A program made the position numbers and the translations under genes. A stretch of 64,000 nucleotides of DNA from Nitrosopumilaceae archaeon (GTDB lineage: Archaea > Thermoproteota > Nitrososphaeria > Nitrososphaerales > Nitrosopumilaceae): NCBI GenBank assembly GCA_965214835.1, contig CBDCCK010000002.1, positions 2,880,001-2,944,000 of the forward strand. Direction: 5' to 3'. Shown here in pieces: positions 10,258-20,135 of the stretch; the stretch's first letter is position 1, and every line of letters starts with the position of its first letter. The notes beneath the pieces were generated by a model. That model ran no database searches and was not told the DNA's origin. It worked only from the letters and a program-made list of their open reading frames with translations.

Positions 10258-11905
10258 GTACGAGTTTACCCCTCAGGCGACGCTGCCAGTCAGGGTCTTG
10301 ACGAGCATTTCCCTCACGCCGCACCCCCGGGCGCGCCAATTCATCGCGCACGTCATCAATACGGTGAACATCTCCATGCCTTCCATGGTACGGAGTCCTT
10401 GGAATACCTTGCGCGCAATTACGGACGGCCTCAGCATGCGCTCGGCCAGGTTGTTGGTGGGCTCCATACCCGGATGCAGTATGAACGTGTAGAGAAATTC
10501 AGAGGCGTTCCCAAGCTTTGTGGCAAAGCTCTCGCATCCGGCCTCCCTGCCGAATGCCTCGGCCAGCCCGCGCGTTTCTGCCATCAGCATGTCGTGCCGG
10601 GCGGCGCCCTCCTCCTCCGGCGTCCCCAGCCCCTTGGCATGGATGAACTTTTTCTTGAGTGTACCATACAGCGCGTGGGCCTTCCGGGAGGTCTTGCCGG
10701 CCTCCCTGGCCTCCCGGAGTATGCGGATCCGGCACCACTGCCTGGTCTTGAATGCGGCGTATACGCCGTACCCGTCGACTGTGACCGGTTTGTCATAATA
10801 CGGAAAGTTCATGTCAACTACGGCCCTGCCCCTACTGGGTGCGGCCAGCGTGTGGACGCCGGCGACGGTGCCGTCCCTGTTCCTGCCCACGACCACCCAT
10901 ATGCGGGCCGTCCTGCCGTTGTATGGCATGGCAGTCTCGTCAATATGCAGATAATCAGAGTCCCTGATGGCCTGCCTGATGCTCTCTACGCCGGGCTTTA
11001 TCGCATTGGCGCCGGCCCTCAGGCACTGCAGCACGCCTGCCTCTGAGACGTCCATGCCCAGGATTTCTGAGCACAGTGTGGTCGTGGCCTGTATGGAGGC
11101 AGGTGCCACGCGTATTGCGGCCATCATCCCCGTGATGTTTGGTCCAAACTCGGTTCCCGGCACGTTCCATGACCTGTCGTCCTCTATGCACATGTTGCCG
11201 CAGTCGGCGCATTTGCGCCTGTATGCGGTGTGCTGTGTCGTGACCGGCTCGGGCCTCTTGGGGGTATCGGTCACAAGCTTGGAGAAGATCTTTTTCGGCT
11301 TCTTCATGTTGGTGCTGCCGCACTTGCCGCACTTTTTGGGGCAGTGCTTTACAAACAAGGTCGGTTTTCTGGCGTGTGAGACCCCCTCGTGTCCCTGTCT
11401 GCGGCCCGGCTTTGCCTTTGCAGGTGCCGGTACATTACCTGATGCCTTTGCCGCGGCGGCCTTTTTCTGCCTGGTAGGAAGAGTTCTGCGATGAGGGGGT
11501 GTGAGGGTTTTCGTAATATCTGATGTGCTGTCTGAGCTGCTGGTTTTCTGCTTCCAGTGCCGCGGTTTGCGCGTCAGGTGCCGTCCCTCCCCGGGGTTCG
11601 CCCTCTGGCCACCCTGGGGCGGGCCCCTTTTGCTTGAACCAGTTGATCTGTGCTGTCTGCATCAGGATTGTCACCGAGGCCTCGGCCAGCTGTTCGGCAA
11701 GCCCGACTATTGCCCGATCCCTGTCTGCGATGATTCCATCCTTCTTGTCTGATTCGGCTATGACGCGGGCCAGCTCGTCGCGCAGTATCTTGATCTCTGA
11801 ATCAGGCAATGAATACAGGTGTGGTCTTGACGTATATGGATCCAGATGGTGATCAAAAGTTGGCCTCGTACTCAACCTAAACTATAGGGAGGGGTAAACT
11901 CATAC
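10258..11905 (-). mobile_element. IS66-family (single-ORF, ISBst12-like) element, frameshifted
   Basis: TIRs GTACGAGTTTACCCCT / AGGGGTAAACTCATAC; motifs YYENPHTPSS, CxxC zinc finger, LHIDET, TVDGY, EPTNNLAERMLR. Confidence 0.88.
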
Positions 11906-12329
11906 CCGCCGAGCGAGCGATTCGTATTTATAGAAAGGCCAGGCTGTACAAGCTGACATCGAATTCAAACCGATTCGGGGAACAAAATGACTGGCAGTCA
12001 GTGCGTGGCTGCCAGCCCCATATTTTAAGCAAAGACTCACACAGTATTCGAGTCCTATCATAGATGGTGGATTGGTGAGAAATCTACTTGTCACTGGAGC
12101 CACCCCTGTTTTCCACACCTGCACGGGTCCCCGGGTTCCTTGCACGCAGCTGCATGCCGGCACCATTTGATGAGCGCATTGATTTTGCAAACATGATACT
12201 CACTGGAGCAGGTGCCTCGTCTGATGACCTAGCAACCATGCATGGTAGCCGATCACAAAAAGGACAGAAAACCTCCACCCGGGGATCTAGATTATACCCA
12301 ATGATGCAGGCAAGCATAAGACCAGATGA

Positions 12330-13360
12330 TTCAATGATTCCAGTCAGAAGCTTCCCAACGTCCCGGCCCCGTCCCTCCTTGAGAGGTACAAAAATGAGAC
12401 CGACTCCAAGGCCGCAGCCAGGCTGATGGCCTACATACGGCGCAAAAAAGGCGACTCGATACGCCAGATAGCCAAGCAGCTCGGCCGGGGGTACTCTACG
12501 ATACGCGACTGGCTGATACGGGCCATGCAGCTTGGCATACAGGGCAGGTACGACATCAAGAGGCCCGGCACCAAGATGTGGCCGGATGCAGGGAATCTCA
12601 AGCAGGTACGCGCCGACCTGATTGCGGGCCCGCGCAGCTGCGGATTAGAGTCGGAGGTGTGGACCGCACCGCTGCTTGCGGTACACATCAAAAAGAAATA
12701 CAAGGCAGACTATGCCGTCTCCAGCGTATACAAGATACTGCACATGCCTGGGCTTTTCATGCAGAAAGCCCCCCGCCCAAAGCACCCAAAACCAGCCTCA
12801 GAATCCGAGAAAGAGGAGTTCAAAAAAAGCTAGGCGGCATGTAAGATATTACTCGAAGAGAGGGTACACGGTAATGATAGGGGACGAGGCCTCGTTCATC
12901 CTTGGGTGGAACGTCAAGAACAGCTGGTACCCCGTGGGAAGGCCCGGTCTTTGCGCCGTCCAACCTGTCAAAGGAGAGGTTCTATTCGATCGGGGCCCTG
13001 TCGGCAAACGGACTTGGCTGCCGCTTTTACAAAAAGGCCAAGTACACGTTCATCAGGTTTCTCAAGGTGCTGCGCCGCAAGTACGGCAAGGTGCTGCTGT
13101 TTGTCGACAACGCATCGTATCACAGGGCAGCACTGGTCAGGGAGCAGCTGGCAGAATGGAATGGTGATGTAGTGCCAAAGTTCCTGCCGCCGTACACGCC
13201 GGAGCTGAGCTCGATAGAGGGGCAGTGGCGCGGGGTCAAAAAGGCAACTGCAAGCCGCCTGTATCAGACCGTCGGCGAGATGCAAAAGTCCATACGCGTT
13301 ATGTTGCGCAGGGGCGAGATCAAGATCTGCCAGATGGGCGATTATCTTAGCTAGATACTA
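12330..13360 (+). mobile_element. IS630-family element, transposase frameshifted
   Basis: HTH segment 12426-12833 and DDE segment (GDEASF, FVDNASYH, LPPYTPELSSIE) to 13354. Ends approximate. Confidence 0.85.
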
Positions 13361-13370
13361 AGCAATGACT

Positions 13371-14027
13371 CTAGACTTCAATTTTTTTCCGGGTCCATTT
13401 TCTTCTGTAGTGTACAAACGTGGCAGTCAGAACTGCTGCAGCGATAGTTACAGCTATCATTGTGTTGAAGACGGCATCCATGTTTGCGCCATCCTTCTGC
13501 ATTGGTAGAGTTTGCGGCTGTACTGTAACTGCTGTGTGTTCCTGTTTTATTTCCCTCTGTATATGCTCTGGGTGTTCCTGTATCGGTAGAGTTGGGACGG
13601 GTTCTGGGTGTAGTAAAACATTATCTACGTTGTCGAGTGCTGCCAGCCTGACCAAATCAGAAGGCGAAACTAAAATCACCGTATCGTAGCCCCCATAAGA
13701 CAGATAACATGATTTTGCCACCACACCTAATTCCTTTGGTATTGTACAGTCATCAGATTCAAACTTCACCAAAACATACAATCTTTCGCCATGAATGCTT
13801 TTTTCTGAGACATGCCTGCTCCCCATCACGCCGGTTTCCTCGTGATCCAGATAAAGCTGATACAGGCCATATGCAAGTCCGTTTCTTACGGCATCAGGTA
13901 TGTCCTCTCGCATCTCGTCTGGTTCGGTCTCCGTGGAGTTGGTCTGGACAAAGACAGGCGACATGATTAAAGGTATGAGCGCTAATAACAGCAACAGAAC
14001 AGTCCTGTTTTTGCCCAACGTTGCCAT
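13371..14027 (-). CDS. Secreted, C-terminally anchored protein resembling a free-standing S8 propeptide (copy 2)
   Basis: Signal peptide, ...SPSDLVRLAALDNVDNVLLHPEP..., C-terminal TM and RRKW tail; close paralog of 33051-33704. Confidence 0.75.
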   Translation of the reverse strand: MATLGKNRTVLLLLLALIPLIMSPVFVQTNSTETEPDEMREDIPDAVRNGLAYGLYQLYLDHEETGVMGSRHVSEKSIHGERLYVLVKFESDDCTIPKELGVVAKSCYLSYGGYDTVILVSPSDLVRLAALDNVDNVLLHPEPVPTLPIQEHPEHIQREIKQEHTAVTVQPQTLPMQKDGANMDAVFNTMIAVTIAAAVLTATFVHYRRKWTRKKIEV

Positions 14028-14069
14028 TGTTGATACTGCATGGCTCTGCCTAATAAGATAGACATCGCA

Positions 14070-14640
14070 GGTTCTGTGTAATCTTCGAGACCTGAAATAT
14101 AGATCTTCTCTGAAATTATCATACCTGAATTCTTCTTCTTTCAATGATGTCTGTTCCCCGTATGTCGAAAAGTCCCCCAAGTGAGAACTTGAACTGTAGC
14201 ATCCGGGCAGTTGGTTTTCCACCGTCATCGCCTTTTCTTTGGATCGTCAGTTCGTCGAGTTTGAGGTCTCCCCCATCCGTGATTGAGGCCTCACCCATAC
14301 AATATTCTATGACTTTGTCAACTGGCAGGACTGCCGACCTGACGGGTGGGTTCTGTGTAATCTTCGTGATATGGATCTTCTCTGAATTGAACCCAATCTG
14401 TTCTCTTATGGGCTATGTGACGTTGCCGGGACGTGAGAGGATGCAACCATTCTGTATGCCTTTGCAACCTACAATGCTTCCCAAAACAGTCAGAATATCC
14501 TTCAAATCGCGTGACTGAACCGATATCGGAGATTTCCCGCATTCGAAACTTTCCAGAAGAAATCAGTTCCTGTTAACTTACTAGTTCCGATCTACCGACA
14601 CTTTCCAGTGAGAATCATCTACCGTAAACTTTCCAGTTCC
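14070..14640. mobile_element. Cluster of IS6-like terminal remnants
   Basis: GGTTCTGTGTAATCTTCG at 14070 and 14349 (related sequence at 42000); CCGATCTACCGACACTTTCCAG...CTTTCCAGTTCC matches the end of the 27032 element. Confidence 0.65.
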
Positions 14641-14666
14641 TTGTAATGGTACAATATTATATGGTA

Positions 14667-14747
14667 GACGAGTAAGTCCACGGGAAACCGTGTTCCACAA
14701 AGGAATGGGAGGGGTTCATGCCCAATCGGGAATACCGTGGGGTCGTC
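14667..14747 (+). ncRNA. Candidate structured RNA adjacent to a DUF3800-like gene
   Basis: Closing stem GACGA/TCGTC, CACGG-GAAA-CCGTG GNRA hairpin (alternative pairing CCACGG/CCGTGG), TTCC/GGAA and GGG/CCC hairpins. GC-rich patch 7 bp from the gene's stop codon. Confidence 0.5.
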
Positions 14748-14754
14748 TTTCTTA

Positions 14755-15158
14755 CTATCTCCAAAGTATTCTTTCACCACTGCCGATCTTTTTTGAATGA
14801 AGAATGTTCGAATACGCCCACTCATTATTTTCAAATTTATGATAATACGAACCAGATACCATATCTGCGGCCCATATTCCTGCTTCTAAAACTGAAGAAG
14901 TATCAATTGACGGAGACAATCTACCTCGATATTTCCTCCGTCCCCCATATTGAAAATAATTAATACTTACAGCATGGGTATTGAATTTTGTAGCTTTTGA
15001 TACAGATAACCTTTCTTGTATGTGGTCACGTCCCCTTACTAGCTAGACACGAAGATCACAATCATTCATACTAATTCGTGCCTAACTGATGGGGGTAGGT
15101 GACCTCGTACCCTTTCTTTGTCATAATAGACTGTGGGAGGATTTGGTGGAGACATTTT
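14755..15158 (-). pseudogene. DUF3800-like protein, C-terminal remnant
   Basis: After removing the MITE and one TSD the frame is open: ...TVYYDKER...TSSVLEAGIWAADMVSGSYYHKFENNEWAYSNIL...; matches the S-x(5)-I-x-x-AD-x-x-x-G motif. Confidence 0.6.
15018..15110. mobile_element. MITE family B (93 bp, IS66-type ends)
   Basis: GTATGTGGTCAC...GTGACCTCGTAC; perfect 8-bp TSD CCTTTCTT. Confidence 0.9.
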
Positions 15159-15159
15159 A

Positions 15160-15235
15160 GACCTTATGCGTAATTGCCAAAAATGACGCAAAAGCTGCCC
15201 GGTTTTTTTGATTTTAACCGATTCCGCATAAGGCA
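15160..15235. mobile_element. MITE family A
   Basis: GACCTTATGCGTAA...TTCCGCATAAGGCA, flanked by TA, 76 bp. Confidence 0.85.
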
Positions 15236-15264
15236 TATTTAACATAAAAGTACCGTTTTTATTT

Positions 15265-15282
15265 AGTTAATAATTATTAACT
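15265..15282. promoter_or_regulatory. Perfect 18-bp palindrome overlapping an AT-rich promoter; candidate operator
   Basis: AGTTAATAATTATTAACT, about 20 bp upstream of the wHTH-containing gene. Confidence 0.5.
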
Positions 15283-15301
15283 GATAGGAAATATTGGTTT
15301 T

Positions 15302-16300
15302 ATGAGTACAGAGACGGTATTGGTTGAAAGAATGGGAAAATACTTTGAAAGAAAAGGATGGATTGTAAGAAGGGACGTAAAGATCAGGGGGAGGATTGCT
15401 GACATTGTTGCAGTAAAAGGCAACAAGATTACAACAGTAGAGGTAAAGGGTTCGAGGGGGGATATTGAAAGAGGGATAATGCAGTCACTGCACCAAAAGG
15501 GTGCTGTGAATTTTTCCTATCTAGCTATACACAAAGATATGTTTGCAAAATCGGTAAAAGAGACATGTCAGAATCTCGGCATTGGTCTTATTTTGGTAAA
15601 TGAAGACATAGAAGAGATAGTCAAGCCAGAACACACATCATCACTGGAGTCTGTCAAAAAAAAGATATTCAAAGAAAAACCAGTGATTAAAAAGAAAGCT
15701 ATTGAAACTAAAAGCTTACTTGGTTCCATATTTCATGCAAAAAGCCAGATCCTAATTCTCAAACTGTTCTTTCTGAATCCTACAAAAGAGTTTCATCTAA
15801 GCGATATCGCACGCAGGACAGACCTTACATCACCTGCAGTATCAAAAGAGATGACAAATCTGACAAGAGTAAATCTTGTCACGAGAAGGGATCAAGGCAA
15901 TTTGTCATTTTACAGAATAAACACAAAAAGCATAATCTTTGATGAGATGAAAAGAATATTCCTAAAGTATGAAATCTTTAGCGAGCTTCTTTCAAAGGAA
16001 CTTGCAAGAGAGGCGACAAAGTATGCATTAATCTATGGTTCATTTGCAAAAGGAACGGAAAAAGAAGGAAGCGATATCGACTTGCTTGTTATCGGAGATG
16101 CAAAAGAAGAATATCTTCTCAAGACTATTCCCAAAATAGAACGAAACACAGGTCGTGAGATTAACTTTATACTCTGGACTGAAAAGGAATTTTTTGAGAA
16201 AATAAAAAAGAACATACCACTAATCAAAGAAATCTTCAAGACTCCCGTAATCATGATTGTTGGTGATGAGGATGAATTTAAGCGACTTGCTAAGGAATGA
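15302..16300 (+). CDS. PD-(D/E)XK nuclease-like + wHTH + minimal nucleotidyltransferase (MNT) fusion
   Basis: IADIVAVK...VEVKG; FHLSDIARRTDLTSPAVSKEM wHTH; YGSFAKG...SDIDLLVIG. Confidence 0.85.
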   Translation: MSTETVLVERMGKYFERKGWIVRRDVKIRGRIADIVAVKGNKITTVEVKGSRGDIERGIMQSLHQKGAVNFSYLAIHKDMFAKSVKETCQNLGIGLILVNEDIEEIVKPEHTSSLESVKKKIFKEKPVIKKKAIETKSLLGSIFHAKSQILILKLFFLNPTKEFHLSDIARRTDLTSPAVSKEMTNLTRVNLVTRRDQGNLSFYRINTKSIIFDEMKRIFLKYEIFSELLSKELAREATKYALIYGSFAKGTEKEGSDIDLLVIGDAKEEYLLKTIPKIERNTGREINFILWTEKEFFEKIKKNIPLIKEIFKTPVIMIVGDEDEFKRLAKE

Positions 16301-16706
16301 TCTAGTAGAGGAATTTCAATCTGATAAAGAACAGATTAAAAACGAGATAAAGAATGCAGAAAAACAAATAAAATCATCTGGCAAGATGTTTGGAATTGAT
16401 GAGTGGGGATACGCACATACTGCCTCGTATACTGCCATGCTTCATGCAGGAAGGGCATTAATGTTTTCAAAAGGATACAGGCCCAAAAGCCATGATCATC
16501 ATGTTGCAGTAATATCGTTTTCGTGGGCCGTTTTTTGGAGGAAGTTTGATAATCACGTACTTGAAGCCTTTGACAAAGGACGAAGGAGAAGACACGAGTT
16601 TCAATACGATGATGCAGATGCAATATCAGAGACTCAGGCAAGAAATTTGGTTGAAACTGCCAAAATCTATGTAAGCAAAGCCAAAGAAATTTTGAGCATG
16701 GTCTAA
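16272..16706 (+). CDS. HEPN domain protein (MNT-HEPN partner)
   Basis: AYTAM-like helix (ASYTAMLHAGRALM), KSHDHH, RRRRHEFQY; overlaps the MNT gene. Confidence 0.85.
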   Translation: MNLSDLLRNDLVEEFQSDKEQIKNEIKNAEKQIKSSGKMFGIDEWGYAHTASYTAMLHAGRALMFSKGYRPKSHDHHVAVISFSWAVFWRKFDNHVLEAFDKGRRRRHEFQYDDADAISETQARNLVETAKIYVSKAKEILSMV

Positions 16707-16903
16707 CCCATTGCAGAGACTGTTTTGTCCACTTCCTACTGTTCCTACAGGGTAATCGTATGTGGTCACGTCCCTTGCTAGCTAGGCGTGAAGATCACAA
16801 TCATTCATGCTAATTCGTGCCTGACTGGCGGGGGTAGGTGACCTCGTACGGGTAATCAGTTTTGTCTTATAGTCTAACCCATTGCAGAAACTGTTTTGTC
16901 CAC
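16701..16903. repeat. 32-35 bp direct duplication around a 36-39 bp insert (later hit by a MITE)
   Basis: GTCTAACCCATTGCAGA(G/A)ACTGTTTTGTCCAC at 16701 and 16872. Confidence 0.85.
16758..16849. mobile_element. MITE family B
   Basis: Similar to 15018-15110; 8-bp TSD GGGTAATC. Confidence 0.9.
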
Positions 16904-16983
16904 GCTGAATTGAGCCATCTGAAGTGGTTCAGCCTTCACAGAAGTTCCCCATAAGACGGCGCCAGGCTCAATAATTCAGACTA

Positions 16984-18075
16984 TACTGATGATCATTGAA
17001 AATTTCGCCTGATTACACATCTTGTAAAGGTTTATAGCTCCCCACCATGTCACTCCCGGCATGAACAAGACGAAAATCCTCACGGATGCCATGCATGTCG
17101 AAAAGGATCTCAAGATTCACACCAGAATCATGGCGGTGCGCTCCGTACTGCTTGGCAACACCACCGCACAGACTGCAGAGATTGCCGACGTGACACAGCG
17201 TACCGTACAGATGTGGATCAAGAGATTCGAGCTTGACGGCATCGACGGCCTCCGTGACTCCTAACAGGGACAAAAAACCAAAGGTTCCGGTCGGCAGGAT
17301 AAAAAAGATCGCCACAAAGTTGCGTAGGATGGAAAAGCTCACCCCGAAGAAGCTGTGCAACCGGGTGCGCCGCAGGCTGCATGTCACATACAGCGTGGGA
17401 AGCATCAGAAGAATCCTACGCACGATGGGATTCTCGCCAAAGACGTCAACCACCAGGCTTGCAGATGCTGCCGACGCAAAGGCGGTAAGACGGTGGCAGG
17501 GGGCGGCAAGAACCGCGATCAAGCTTGCAAAAAGGCGCGGATTTAGGATAGCCGTACAGGACGAGTCGATATTCGTCAGTACGGGAAGGGACGGCAGAAA
17601 GTTCTGGTCGCCCGTGGGGGACAGGATCGAGGTGCAACGATCCGGCAGAAGGGAGCGCGTCGCGGTATACGGAACGATTGCAGACGACGGAACCCGGCTG
17701 ATGCGCACATACGACAAGTTCAACAGCGCAAACTTTGTGCATTATCTCAAGCAGGTGCACAAAAAGCGGGGAAAGGTTCTGATTGTGATGGACAACGCAG
17801 CACAGCACAAGACCGGAAAGGTCCGCAGGTACCTGAAGAAAAATCCAGACGTCGTCCTGCTGTACCTGCCGGTAGCCAGGCCGGAGCTGAGCGTCATAGA
17901 GGCAGTCTGGAAGGATGCCAAGTACGGGCCGGTCACGTCGGCATTTTACGAGACGGTAGATCACCTCAAAAGGGCCGTCTCGGAATACTTTAGGACGTGT
18001 TCCATCAAGGTTGACATCTATAGGTACCTTGAGCGCAGCTTGTAAGGGAGGCGAAATTTTCAATGGTCATCAGTA
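16984..18075 (+). mobile_element. IS630-family element, transposase frameshifted near 17260
   Basis: TIR TACTGATGATCATTGAAAATTTCGCCT and its inverse; TA duplication; QDES, MDNAAQH, LPVARPELSVIE. Confidence 0.9.
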
Positions 18076-18405
18076 TAGGCTGCATGCAGATCCGCATGTC
18101 ACCATCTAAACTACAAGTCTGATTACGTAACAGATCGGCCTCGAAGTTCAGGCGTGAGTTTTGCCGCCAAAGAGGCATTTGCAGATGTAATTCGTGCCTA
18201 AAATCGTAAATTATCTATGTGTCGTGTTTATAAGGATTCCACGCATAACCGGGGGTAAGAGTTTACCCCCTCCAGAAGATACGGCATGGTAGGCCATGGT
18301 GATCAAGTGCCTAGCCTACAGTGTCGCCTAGCGAGTCCGGGCATTACAGCAGGCAATAGGCATTCGCAGACAGAGATTTTTATCATGCAGGGCGCTGCCA
18401 AAGGC

Positions 18406-18660
18406 ATGATCGAGTCAGAGGACGCAGTCAGGGTCATCGAGGTGCTGACAAGGAACCTGGAAGGAATCGCAAAGAATCCGGCAAACTTTCAGAGACTACC
18501 GGACAGCTTTTGGGGGTATTACGCAAGGGGGCACGACGGCAAGGGAAGGTTTGGCGTGATTGTTACATACTCGGAGGACGAGACGGACGTCGATGATGTG
18601 ATGAGGATGTACGAGGCATGGCTTGCGAAAAACAGGTCGCGCCCAGAAGACCCGCAATAA
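18406..18660 (+). CDS. Hypothetical protein
   Basis: Clean ORF with core-like codon usage (MIESEDAVRVIEVLT...). Confidence 0.65.
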   Translation: MIESEDAVRVIEVLTRNLEGIAKNPANFQRLPDSFWGYYARGHDGKGRFGVIVTYSEDETDVDDVMRMYEAWLAKNRSRPEDPQ

Positions 18661-18692
18661 GGGATAAATTTCCCAGTGGTGCAGGGCTGCAT

Positions 18693-19049
18693 GTGGACAG
18701 GTGCGGCTATTGCAGCTCGGCATTTGGGGACAGGAGGTGCTACTTTTGCCAGACGGTGTGCTGTACAGGCTGCATGACAGACGACAGATCACGCTGCAAG
18801 CGGTGCTATATCAAAAAGGCGAGGCTTGGATGGAGGCAGGTTCTGGGGAGAAACAAGGCCGTCCTGGCGTTCGTTGCAGGGCTGTGGCTGTACGCGGTGT
18901 TTCCAGGGCCGCTGATGCCGGGGCTGGATCCGACGTTTTATGCAGTCTCAGTCGCCGCGGCCGTGCTAATAATGATACCAGTGTGCCTGGCCATGTTTTT
19001 CTGGTCGCTGAACCCGCCGTCCTCGGATCTGAGGAGGGGCAAAGACTAG
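18693..19049 (+). CDS. Cys-rich zinc-binding membrane protein
   Basis: Four CxxC motifs followed by two TM helices. Confidence 0.7.
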   Translation: MDRCGYCSSAFGDRRCYFCQTVCCTGCMTDDRSRCKRCYIKKARLGWRQVLGRNKAVLAFVAGLWLYAVFPGPLMPGLDPTFYAVSVAAAVLIMIPVCLAMFFWSLNPPSSDLRRGKD

Positions 19050-20056
19050 GCCAGCCTTGCAACCACGTCCCCGGTAAACTCGGCAGTCGACTTTGAGCCT
19101 CCGATATCCCGGGTCATGGAGCCGGCCCTGATGGCATCATGCACGGCATTAGTGATTTTCTCAGAGATCTCCACGCACCTAGAGTCGTTGTGCTTTTGCC
19201 CCAGCCACTCAAGCATCAGCCTGGCAGAAAGTATGAATGATACGGGATTCGCAACGTTTCGTCCTGCAATGTCAAACGCCGCGCCGTGTACGGGCTCAAA
19301 GATTGCAAAGTCATCGCCCACATTGGAGGAGGCCGCCATTCCCAGGCCGCCGGCAACCTCCGATGCCTCGTCAGAGAGGATGTCGCCAAAGAGGTTTGTA
19401 GTCACGATGACGTCAAACCGGTGCGGCCTCCGGACCAGATCCATGGCACACGCATCGACATACATCTGCTCAAGCTCCACATCCGGATAGTCCCTGCCTA
19501 CCTCCGCGCAGGACCGGGAAAACAGTCCGTCGGTGAGGCGCATGACGTTTGACTTGTGGACGCACGTCACCCTCCGGCCACGCCTCTCTGCCAGCTCAAA
19601 GGCATGCCTGGCAATGCGTCTTGAGGCATGCTCGGAGATTATACGCAGTGCCACGGCAGAGTCTCCCAGGGAGAACTCCTTGCCGGTGTAAAGATCCTCG
19701 GTATTCTCGCGCACTATTACCATATCAACGTCCCTGGCGGCGGCGGGCATAAAGTCATAAGACTTTACGGGCCTTATGTTGGCATAAAGATCCAGGGCCC
19801 GACGCAGCACCACGATCACGTCTGCGGCGCTCTCGCCCACGGGCGCCTTGAGGCAGGCATCAGAGCCCCTTATCGCGCCAAAGGTATCATCAGGAAGCGC
19901 CTGTCCGGTATCACGCAGCGCAGCGTCGCCTGCGGGAAGCCTGGCCACGTCAAGCCTCAATCCAAGCCTGTCGTTGACTGCCTCAAGCACGGAGGAGACA
20001 GAATCGGACAGCTCCGGGCCGATGCCGTCGCCGGTAATCATGGAGATTCTGTACAC
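19046..20056 (-). CDS. leuB: 3-isopropylmalate dehydrogenase
   Basis: GDGIGPE, RENTEDLY, NLFGDILSD, EPVHGAAFDIAG; downstream of leuA. Confidence 0.9.
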   Translation of the reverse strand: MYRISMITGDGIGPELSDSVSSVLEAVNDRLGLRLDVARLPAGDAALRDTGQALPDDTFGAIRGSDACLKAPVGESAADVIVVLRRALDLYANIRPVKSYDFMPAAARDVDMVIVRENTEDLYTGKEFSLGDSAVALRIISEHASRRIARHAFELAERRGRRVTCVHKSNVMRLTDGLFSRSCAEVGRDYPDVELEQMYVDACAMDLVRRPHRFDVIVTTNLFGDILSDEASEVAGGLGMAASSNVGDDFAIFEPVHGAAFDIAGRNVANPVSFILSARLMLEWLGQKHNDSRCVEISEKITNAVHDAIRAGSMTRDIGGSKSTAEFTGDVVARLA

Positions 20057-20135
20057 GGATCTCCTCAGGGGGAAGGGGATTTAACGATTTGTCACTTGGC
20101 CGGATCCTGCAGTGCCGTGCTCTGGTTCCAGCAAG

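Noticed and set aside
15018-16849. Direct repeats as att sites or a composite around the MNT-HEPN module
   Set aside because: Each copy has its own different 8-bp TSD, so they are independent MITE insertions.
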